A stretch of 64,000 nucleotides of DNA from an uncultured Planctomycetia bacterium (GTDB lineage: Bacteria > Omnitrophota > Gorgyraeia > Tantalellales > Tantalellaceae). The number at the start of each line of letters is the position of its first letter. Position 1 is the first letter of the stretch. Below the pieces are notes generated by a model. It ran no database searches. It worked only from the letters and a program-made list of their open reading frames with translations, and was not told where the DNA came from. Shown one piece after another: positions 57,201-64,000 of this stretch. The stretch is taken from contig CAYQUS010000001.1 of NCBI GenBank assembly GCA_964421015.1, positions 91,819 through 155,818 on the forward strand, in the 5' to 3' direction. Position numbers and translations under genes: made by a program.

Positions 57201-57611
57201 TTATCCAGCAGGTACTTCCTCTTCCTCTTCTTCCTCTTCCTCAGCAGCGGTAGTCGGCAAAGTGTGCTCAGGGTAATCAGCAACCCTGGGACATGCTGGC
57301 GGATCCGCAACTGTCGCCACCGTATAGCCTGTCTGGTCAGTATCCAGCGGGCAATAAGGCGTGGTCTTTATGTAATCACCCACAAGATCAGCCATAGTTA
57401 CCGCGTCCGTACTACCCATTCCCTCATCAAGAGCCCAGAGAGTTATGGCGCCGTCTATCTGCTTCAGGTTGGCTATACACGCGTTCTTCTGAGCGGTTTC
57501 ACGGGCCCGCATAAAGTTCGGTATCGCTATCGCGGCTAAAAGACCTATAATTGCGACCACTATCATTATTTCAACCAGCGTGAACCCACCCTTTTTAGTC
57601 AGCATCTTCAT
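57201..57611 (-). CDS. Type IV pilin (PilA-like) with C-terminal poly-Glu tail
   Basis: MKMLTKKGG|FTLVEIMIVVAIIGLLAAIAIPNF classic type IVa pilin N-terminus (start taken at ATG 7 nt after AGGAGGT); two Cys pairs; C-terminal E10. Confidence 0.8.
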   Translation of the reverse strand: MKMLTKKGGFTLVEIMIVVAIIGLLAAIAIPNFMRARETAQKNACIANLKQIDGAITLWALDEGMGSTDAVTMADLVGDYIKTTPYCPLDTDQTGYTVATVADPPACPRVADYPEHTLPTTAAEEEEEEEEEVPAG

Positions 57612-57671
57612 ACATATCACCTCCTTTCAAAGAACAAAATTGAAGGCCAAAGCCCTCTTTTCTTCTAACTA

Positions 57672-57700
57672 AAGTATACCTGTACAAAAGGGGCAATGCA
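57672..57700 (-). promoter_or_regulatory. Candidate sigma70 promoter of the poly-Glu pilin gene (TTGCAT-N17-TATACT)
   Basis: Minus strand TTGCATtgccccttttgtacaggTATACT about 55 nt upstream of pilin start. Confidence 0.3.
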
Positions 57701-57712
57701 AATTTATAGGGG

Positions 57713-58105
57713 TTATTCCTGTTCGGGGTTCGGTTGGGTATTGTCGGGAGGTAATACGTGTCCCGGGTATTCGCTGGCTTTCGGACAAACAGGCGAAGCT
57801 GATACAACGGTGACTACGTATCCTTCTTTTTCGCTGTCCAAGGGGCAATATGGCGTCGTTTTTATATAGTCGCCCACAAGATCTTCCATCGTAACCGCGT
57901 CGTCGCTCCCTTTTCCCCCGTCGAGAGCCCACAAAGAGATAGCCTCGTCTATCTCTTTAAGATTAGCCACGCAGGATTTTCTCTGTGCAGTTTCACGAAC
58001 CCTCATATAGCCAGGTATGGCTATAACCGCCAGAAGGCTTATTATCGCTATCACGATCATTATCTCAACCAGAGTAAATCCCGGTGATGTTTTTTTTATA
58101 TCCAT
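57713..58105 (-). CDS. Type IV pilin (PilA-like), paralog of the downstream pilin
   Basis: MDIKKTSPG|FTLVEIMIVIAIISLLAVIAIPGY; shares ANLKxID.AI.LWALD..GDYIKTTPYCPLD core with the neighbouring pilin. Confidence 0.8.
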   Translation of the reverse strand: MDIKKTSPGFTLVEIMIVIAIISLLAVIAIPGYMRVRETAQRKSCVANLKEIDEAISLWALDGGKGSDDAVTMEDLVGDYIKTTPYCPLDSEKEGYVVTVVSASPVCPKASEYPGHVLPPDNTQPNPEQE

Positions 58106-58156
58106 CTTTGACCCCGTTCGCTGTCCGCCCCGTACCGTAACGGAAATGCAGGAAAG

Positions 58157-59377
58157 CTAGAAATTAATTATCTCTGAGATCTTGAAAATTGGCAGGAACA
58201 TGCATATCACTATGCCGCCTATCACTATCCCGAGAAAAGCTATGATAAGCGGTTCAAGAAGGCTTGTAAGAGAATCTACCATAACATCCACCTGTTCGTC
58301 GAAAAAGTCGGCTATCTTAGTAAGCATCTTTTCGAGCTCTCCCGTCTTTTCACCCACAGATATCATCCTGGTCACAAGGGGCGGGAAAATACCGCTTCGC
58401 TCCATGGGTTCGGATATGCTTTCCCCTTCTTTGACGTTGTCTCTGACCTTTGTTATCGTGTTTTCTACCACGACGTTTCCGGCCGTCTTCGAGACTATCT
58501 CAAGAGCCTGAAGTATTGGCACGCCGCTTTTAACCAGAGTGCTGAGAGTCCTTGAAAATTTGCTTATGGCCACTTTTTTCTGCAACGGCCCGAAAACCGG
58601 AAGCTTAAGCTTCAGCTCGTCAAGCTTCCATTTGCCTTTTTCCGTGGAGATGTACCATTTTACGACCGAAGAAAATATAATTACAAACACCACGAATACC
58701 GCGAAATACTTCCGGGCGTAATCGCTGAGATCTATCAGGAACTGTGTGGGCCCCGGAAGAGCCGCCCCGAACCCTGAAAATATGTCCTTAAAAACCGGTA
58801 TGACCTTCAGTATCATGAGCGCCGATATCCCCACCGCCATTCCGGTGACGGCCGTAGGATACACCATTGCGGACTTTATCTTCCTTTGCAGATTATTGGT
58901 CTTTTCAAGGTATGTCGCCACCCTTTCAAGAACATCATCAAGCATACCTCCTGACTCTCCCGCCTTTACCATGTTTATGAAAAAATCGGAAAATATGGCC
59001 CTGTGCTTTTCCATGGCCTCGGAAAGGCTGGAACCTGTATTAACACTGTCCCTGGCGTCAATTATCGCTTTTTTGAAAGCCGGGCTCTGGGCCTGTTCGG
59101 AAAGCGTGTCTAGCGATGTAACTATCGTTATACCCGCGGCGGTCAGGGTCGCCATCTGCCGCGTAAAGATCACAAGCTCATCGAGAGAGACCTTCTCCTT
59201 GCCCCCTAACTTGAATGAGGAAAGAGAAAACGAACTCTGCTTCGCCTCCTCGAGCTTCAGAACGAGAAGGTCCCTGTTCCTCAGCATGTCAAGAGCTCTG
59301 GACCTTTCCGGAGCCTCTATCTCACCTTTAATGCTTTTCCCCGTCCTGTCCTTTGCCGAGTAATTGAATTTTCCCAT
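58157..59377 (-). CDS. pilC: Type IV pilus platform protein PilC (GspF family)
   Basis: 406 aa, two T2SSF repeats, three TM segments. Confidence 0.9.
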   Translation of the reverse strand: MGKFNYSAKDRTGKSIKGEIEAPERSRALDMLRNRDLLVLKLEEAKQSSFSLSSFKLGGKEKVSLDELVIFTRQMATLTAAGITIVTSLDTLSEQAQSPAFKKAIIDARDSVNTGSSLSEAMEKHRAIFSDFFINMVKAGESGGMLDDVLERVATYLEKTNNLQRKIKSAMVYPTAVTGMAVGISALMILKVIPVFKDIFSGFGAALPGPTQFLIDLSDYARKYFAVFVVFVIIFSSVVKWYISTEKGKWKLDELKLKLPVFGPLQKKVAISKFSRTLSTLVKSGVPILQALEIVSKTAGNVVVENTITKVRDNVKEGESISEPMERSGIFPPLVTRMISVGEKTGELEKMLTKIADFFDEQVDVMVDSLTSLLEPLIIAFLGIVIGGIVICMFLPIFKISEIINF

Positions 59378-59396
59378 ACCTGCCCTCTCCGTTGAA

Positions 59397-61103
59397 CTAA
59401 GTTGCCCTGTACACTTCCTCCAGCGATGTCCATCCGGTTATGAACTTTATCATGGCGTTGTCTCTCAGGTTACGGACACCCTTTTTCTGAAGGTAAGAAC
59501 GTATATCCAGTTCCGAACGCTGTTTGGTAACCATATCGCGGATCTCGTCGTCGACAAGCAGAGTTTCAAGAACGGCAAGCCTTCCCCTGTATCCGGTTCC
59601 GGAACAGTGCGCGCATCCTCTTCCTCTGTAGAACTTAGTAACATCGCGCGCCTCCGGATACTCGCTGCGTATTTTTTCAAGAAGCGGGCCCGGTATGTCG
59701 AATTCCTCTTTACAGTTGGGACATATCCTCTTAAGAAGCCTCTGAGCGCAGGCCATCACGAGGCTCGAGGACACAAGGAACGGCTCCACTCCCATGTTAA
59801 CAAGACGCGTTATGGCCCCCACGGAGTCGTTTGTGTGCAGTGTGCTTAATACCATCTGTCCGGTAAGAGAAGCTTTTATCGCTATATCGGCTGTCTCAAA
59901 ATCGCGTATCTCTCCTACCATTATAACGTCGGGAGACTGCCGCAATATGGCCCTGAGGCCGTTTGCGAAATCAAGCCCTATCTCAGGCTTGGCGGCTATC
60001 TGTGTTATCCCCGCTACCTGATACTCCACCGGGTCTTCCACGGTAACTATGTTCCTGGCCGGAACGTTCATTTCGTTAAGTACAGAGTAAAGCGTGGTTG
60101 ATTTACCGCTCCCGGTGGGCCCGGTGACAAGTATTATCCCGAAAGGCCTGGATAATGCGGTCTTAAAATCCTCGAGCGGTCCCGGGAGAAACCCCAGGGA
60201 ATCCAGCCCCACGGAAAGATTCGTGCGATCCAGAGCCCTCAGAACCATTTTATTCCCGTATATGAGAGGAAGCGCCGATACCCTGAAATCTATGTCCCTT
60301 GAACTTACCCTCACCCTGAACCTTCCGTCCTGAGGAACACGGTTCTCGGTAATATCCATGTTCGACATTATTTTAAGGCGCGTAAGAACGGCATTCTGAT
60401 TTTTCTTGGGAAGATTGAAAGCCTCCTGCAGCTCCCCGTCTATTCTGTACCTTATCCTAAGGCTTTTCTCCTGTGGTTCTATATGAATATCGCTGGAACG
60501 CTTCTTTATGGCTTCGTTGATGATAACCGATACCATCTTGACTATGGGAGCCATGCCGCTTTCTTTTTCCATTTCGGACGCGCTGTCCCCGCCAACCTTC
60601 ATAACTATTTCCAGATCCGATTCCTCGGCGTTCTCCTCGATAAGCCCTGTTATTTCCCTTTCCTCGCTGTCGTAAAGCGACCTTACCACCTGCTCGATAT
60701 CTCTTCTTGTAGACAAAAGCAGGTCGATATTGCATCCCGTAACGGTCTTTATATCGTCTATGGCCATAACATCCGTTGGGTCATAGACAACGAGCGTAAG
60801 GTTCTTGCCTATACGGGCTATCGGTATGACCATATGTTTTCTTACAAGTTTCTCCGGGACAGATTTTACCACCTTGTCGTCGAGAACAACTCTCGAGATA
60901 TCTATAGGGGGGATACCAAGCTCCTTCGAAAGGACTTTAAGAAGATCCGCCTGTGATACTATCCCGCTCTCCGAAAGCGATTTAACGCTCAGGTTCTCGC
61001 CTTTTCTCGAGACCCGTTCAACAAAATCGTTGAGTTTCTTTTCGTCAACGACCCCGCTTTTTTTAAGAGCGCCGAATATTCTGTCTTTTATTGAGCCTAC
61101 CAT
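59397..61103 (-). CDS. pilB: Type IV pilus assembly ATPase PilB/GspE family (copy 1)
   Basis: GspE_N-like N-terminus, Walker A GPTGSGKSTTLY, tetracysteine zinc motif CPNC..CAHC, His box; 568 aa. Confidence 0.9.
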   Translation of the reverse strand: MVGSIKDRIFGALKKSGVVDEKKLNDFVERVSRKGENLSVKSLSESGIVSQADLLKVLSKELGIPPIDISRVVLDDKVVKSVPEKLVRKHMVIPIARIGKNLTLVVYDPTDVMAIDDIKTVTGCNIDLLLSTRRDIEQVVRSLYDSEEREITGLIEENAEESDLEIVMKVGGDSASEMEKESGMAPIVKMVSVIINEAIKKRSSDIHIEPQEKSLRIRYRIDGELQEAFNLPKKNQNAVLTRLKIMSNMDITENRVPQDGRFRVRVSSRDIDFRVSALPLIYGNKMVLRALDRTNLSVGLDSLGFLPGPLEDFKTALSRPFGIILVTGPTGSGKSTTLYSVLNEMNVPARNIVTVEDPVEYQVAGITQIAAKPEIGLDFANGLRAILRQSPDVIMVGEIRDFETADIAIKASLTGQMVLSTLHTNDSVGAITRLVNMGVEPFLVSSSLVMACAQRLLKRICPNCKEEFDIPGPLLEKIRSEYPEARDVTKFYRGRGCAHCSGTGYRGRLAVLETLLVDDEIRDMVTKQRSELDIRSYLQKKGVRNLRDNAMIKFITGWTSLEEVYRAT

Positions 61104-61107
61104 AACA

Positions 61108-62838
61108 TCACTTGTTCTCCATGGGACGGTTCTCGACCGTAACCCTCAGGACTTCCTCAAGAGACGTAGTTCCTCCGATGACATTCTGTATGCCGTTCTC
61201 TCTGAGAGTGGTCATTCCTTCTTCCCTGGCGGCCATCTCTATCTCAAACTCCTGTCCTCCCCTGAAAATTATGTCTTTTATCTTGGGAGAAAGCACCAGG
61301 CACTCCACTATGGCGATCCTGCCCTTATACCCGGAATTGAGGCACCTCTTACATCCCACCGGGGAGTATATTTCGGGTATATTCCCGTTTTCATCCACTA
61401 TCCCGTATTTTCTGGCCAGTTCTTCCGGAGGAGTATAAGGCTTGCGGCAATCCGTACAAAGTTTCCTTATAAGCCTCTGGGCGGCTATCAGTTCCACCGA
61501 TGAGGTTATTAGAAAGTGTTCCACTCCCATATTTACCATTCTCACTATGGCGCCCGCCGCCGTATTAGTGTGAAGAGTGCTTAAGACCAGATGTCCCGTA
61601 AGAGCCGATTTTATGGCAATGTCCAGAGTCTCATGGTCCCTTATCTCTCCCACCATTATTACGTCCGGGTCCTGTCTTAAGATAGACCTAAGGCACGCTG
61701 CGAATGTCAGCCCGATCTCTTCGTTTATGCTTACCTGGTTGACCCCCCAGAACTCGTATTCTACGGGATCCTCTACCGTAACCAGATTTTTCCCGGGAGC
61801 GTCCACATGTTTCAGTATCGAATACAGGGTGGTTGTCTTTCCGCATCCTGTGGGACCGCACACGAGTATCATCCCGTGAGGTTTCCTGCTCACTTCCCTT
61901 ATCGTATCGATATCTTTCTTCTTAAGTCCCAGCATATCAAGGTCTGTCATGGCCTGCTGTTTGTCGAGAACCCTGAGAGCCACTTTCTCTCCGAAACTCG
62001 AAGGCACGACCGACACCCTGAAATCAACTTTCCGGCCTTCTATCTTGACCTGGAAACGCCCGTCCTGGGGAAGCCGCCGCTCTGTTATGTCAAGATCGGC
62101 AAGCACCTTTATCTTGGAAACAAGCGCCTGGTGGAATTTTCTGGGAGGGTTGTAACTTTCCGTCAGGACCCCGTCCACCCTGTACCTTATGCGGGTGCGG
62201 TCTTCCATCGGTTCTATGAGGATGTCTCCGGCCCGGTCTTTTATCGCCCTGGAAAGTATCATGTTCGTAAGCTTGACCACAGGAGCTTCCTCTGTTATTT
62301 TCAGAAGTTCCGCCGTGGAAACGCTGTCCTCCCCTTCCGACACGGTTTCTATCTGCGCATCCTCTATTTCCTCGACTATCTTGCTTATCTCTTCATCGGC
62401 TGATTTCTCATAATACTTCTGTACGGCCTCAGTAATATCCTCTTCGGAAGCTATTACGGGGCTGAGTTCAAGATTGGTCATTACCTTAAGATCATCGAGA
62501 GCCATTACGTTAAGAGGGTCGGACATGGCCACAGTAAGCATTTTCCCTACCCTTGATATAGGGAGAACCTTGTACATGAAGGCTACTTTTCTGGGAATGA
62601 GCCCGAGTGTCTCCTCATCCACCCTGAAATAAGACAACTTTATGGGGGGGAACCCCAGGCCTTCGCTGAGAGTTGAAAGAAGATCCTGTTTCGAAACAAC
62701 GTTCATACCCACAAGAACGTCGCTGAGGCTTCCGCCTTTTTCGAGGCATATTCCTCTGGCTTTCTCGAGGGCTTCCGCCGTAACCAGCCCTTTTTTTATC
62801 AGCAGACTGGATATCTTTTCAGTAATGGGAAGGGCCAT
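61108..62838 (-). CDS. PilB/GspE-family secretion ATPase (copy 2, tandem paralog)
   Basis: 576 aa, Walker A GPTGCGKTTTLY, zinc motif CTDC..CKRC, GspE_N-like N-domain. Confidence 0.85.
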   Translation of the reverse strand: MALPITEKISSLLIKKGLVTAEALEKARGICLEKGGSLSDVLVGMNVVSKQDLLSTLSEGLGFPPIKLSYFRVDEETLGLIPRKVAFMYKVLPISRVGKMLTVAMSDPLNVMALDDLKVMTNLELSPVIASEEDITEAVQKYYEKSADEEISKIVEEIEDAQIETVSEGEDSVSTAELLKITEEAPVVKLTNMILSRAIKDRAGDILIEPMEDRTRIRYRVDGVLTESYNPPRKFHQALVSKIKVLADLDITERRLPQDGRFQVKIEGRKVDFRVSVVPSSFGEKVALRVLDKQQAMTDLDMLGLKKKDIDTIREVSRKPHGMILVCGPTGCGKTTTLYSILKHVDAPGKNLVTVEDPVEYEFWGVNQVSINEEIGLTFAACLRSILRQDPDVIMVGEIRDHETLDIAIKSALTGHLVLSTLHTNTAAGAIVRMVNMGVEHFLITSSVELIAAQRLIRKLCTDCRKPYTPPEELARKYGIVDENGNIPEIYSPVGCKRCLNSGYKGRIAIVECLVLSPKIKDIIFRGGQEFEIEMAAREEGMTTLRENGIQNVIGGTTSLEEVLRVTVENRPMENK

Positions 62839-62854
62839 TTCTATCCTTTTTGCA

Positions 62855-63304
62855 TTACCTCTTTTTATAAAGTTTGTTAAGCGCTCCGGATATACCAGTG
62901 ACCGTGCCTATAAAAACCTGCACCTTTTTCTTTGTAAGTGTCTCCACGTCCTCTATGGCCTTGTCGTTGAGCGGATTGGACATGGCTATGGTAAGGATAT
63001 CTCCCATCACGTCTATGGGCACCACTCCGTACTGCCTTGCCATATTCTCGGGTATGACTTTTGTCATCTCCTGGTTGAGCTCATAATTCTCCACGGGAAT
63101 GTAGGGAAACCCGTACTGGGTCGTAAGCGCCTGAACTATATCTATCTCTCCCACAAAACCCAGTTTTATGAGTATTTCACCTATGAGCCCGCCTTCACCC
63201 TTCTGGAACTCAAGGGCCTTCTGAAGCTGCTGCTCAGATATAAGTCCGGAGGATTTAAGTATCTCTCCGAGTTTTTTTCTTTTTTCGTTTTCCGGTAAAA
63301 CCAC
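62855..63304 (-). CDS. Standalone MshEN/GspE-N-terminal-like domain protein, putative c-di-GMP receptor
   Basis: 149 aa; two tandem 24-residue motifs KLGEILKSSGLISEQQLQKALEFQ and LIGEILIKLGFVGEIDIVQALTTQ matching the RLGxxLLxxGLIxxxxLxxxLxxQ c-di-GMP-binding pattern of MshEN domains. Confidence 0.65.
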   Translation of the reverse strand: MVLPENEKRKKLGEILKSSGLISEQQLQKALEFQKGEGGLIGEILIKLGFVGEIDIVQALTTQYGFPYIPVENYELNQEMTKVIPENMARQYGVVPIDVMGDILTIAMSNPLNDKAIEDVETLTKKKVQVFIGTVTGISGALNKLYKKR

Positions 63305-63331
63305 TTTTTTCTCCTGTCCTTAAAAACAAGA

Positions 63332-64000
63332 CTATCCCAGCATCTTAAGGAGCTCTTCCACGTCATTCGCCCTTCCGATAGCCTCTTCCCTGGAAATAGC
63401 CCCGGACGAGACAAGTTCTACCAGGGACTGGTTCATGGTCACCATCCCGAATTTCTGGGAAGTCTGTATTATCGAATATATCTGATGTTCCTTGGCGTCG
63501 CGTATGGAGCTTCTGACTGCCGGTGTCGCTATCAGCACTTCAGCCGCAAGAGCCCTTCCGGGACGGTCCTTCCTGGGAATAAGCTGCTGCGATATTATGC
63601 CCACAAGAGCGAAAGAAAGCTGAGCCCTTATCTGTTTCTGCTGGTGGGCCGGAAAAACATCCACCACTCGGTTTATTGTCTGGGTACTGTCGGAAGTATG
63701 GAGCGTCCCGAACACAAGATGCCCCGTATCCGCTATTATCATGGCCTGTTCTATCGAGTCAAGGTCCCTCATCTCACCTATCAGTATTACATCAGGATCC
63801 TGCCTGAGTACGTGACGCAGGGCATTCGAGAAAGAACGCGTATCCTCTATTACCTGTCTCTGGTCTATTACCGCTTTTTTGTTCTTATGCACGAATTCTA
63901 TCGGATCCTCCACTGTAACTATGTGGCAATTCCTGGTATTGTTTATCTCGTCTATCATGGCCGCGAGGGTCGTGGACTTACCGCTTCCCGTAGCCCCCGT
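63332..64000 (-). CDS. pilT: Twitching motility ATPase PilT (C-terminal about 220 aa; gene continues beyond window end)
   Basis: ..GATGSGKSTTLAAMIDEINNTRNCHIVTVEDPIEFVH..GEMRD..HLVFGTLHT PilT-specific motifs. Confidence 0.9.
   Translation of the reverse strand, partial: TGATGSGKSTTLAAMIDEINNTRNCHIVTVEDPIEFVHKNKKAVIDQRQVIEDTRSFSNALRHVLRQDPDVILIGEMRDLDSIEQAMIIADTGHLVFGTLHTSDSTQTINRVVDVFPAHQQKQIRAQLSFALVGIISQQLIPRKDRPGRALAAEVLIATPAVRSSIRDAKEHQIYSIIQTSQKFGMVTMNQSLVELVSSGAISREEAIGRANDVEELLKMLG

Noticed and set aside
57216-57245. ctcttc/ttcctc tandem DNA repeat
   Set aside because: Considered as a possible simple-sequence or CRISPR-like repeat. It is the coding sequence of the pilin poly-Glu tail, not an independent repeat element.

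Overview
All supportable genes in this 64 kb window (about 70 CDS and one tRNA) lie on the minus strand; every long plus-strand ORF in the track is antisense to a clearly recognisable gene and I reject them. The organism looks like a compact-genome bacterium with roughly 50% GC. I cannot assign it to a lineage from the sequence alone. From low to high coordinates, the minus-strand genes fall into these blocks. (1) groESL preceded by a perfect CIRCE/HrcA operator, then coaX-birA, an M50 protease, a standalone HD-GYP phosphodiesterase, hflKC and a tRNA-Met(CAU) with its terminator. (2) mnmA-apbE, a Pta-N-terminal-like DRTGG protein, panB, and a tetrahydrofolate one-carbon cluster (metF-like, folD, fchA, fhs) that matches the methyl branch of the Wood-Ljungdahl pathway. 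(3) A housekeeping run: rnhB, rplS, trmD, rpsP (no rimM), murA, prmC, prfA, rpmE, rho, coaE, polA. (4) The stretch I rate most novel: an adjacent pair made of a tail-anchored HTH_17 protein and a bactofilin with a C-terminal HTH_17 DNA-binding domain, next to mgtC. A perfect-consensus sigma70 promoter sits just upstream of this pair's stop, with a 145-nt leader before polA. (5) tsaD, a yibQ-like gene, ctpA, gatCAB, ksgA-pdxA-surA plus a second parvulin, a mini-Mfd lacking the UvrA-recruitment and autoinhibitory domains, argS, rsfS-nadD with a small zinc-ribbon ORF, proAB-obg-rpmA-rplU. (6) An 18 kb type IV pilus supercluster: pilT, a standalone MshEN-type domain with two c-di-GMP-binding motifs, two tandem PilB/GspE ATPases, pilC, two tandem paralogous PilA-like pilins (one with a 10-Glu tail, followed by a strong terminator), pilMNOPQ, a mini-DUF2344, RNase G, and three prepilin-type proteins including an 857-aa giant prepilin and a PilX_N-like 411-aa protein. 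All annotations come from reading the translated ORFs and the DNA directly; no searches were run.
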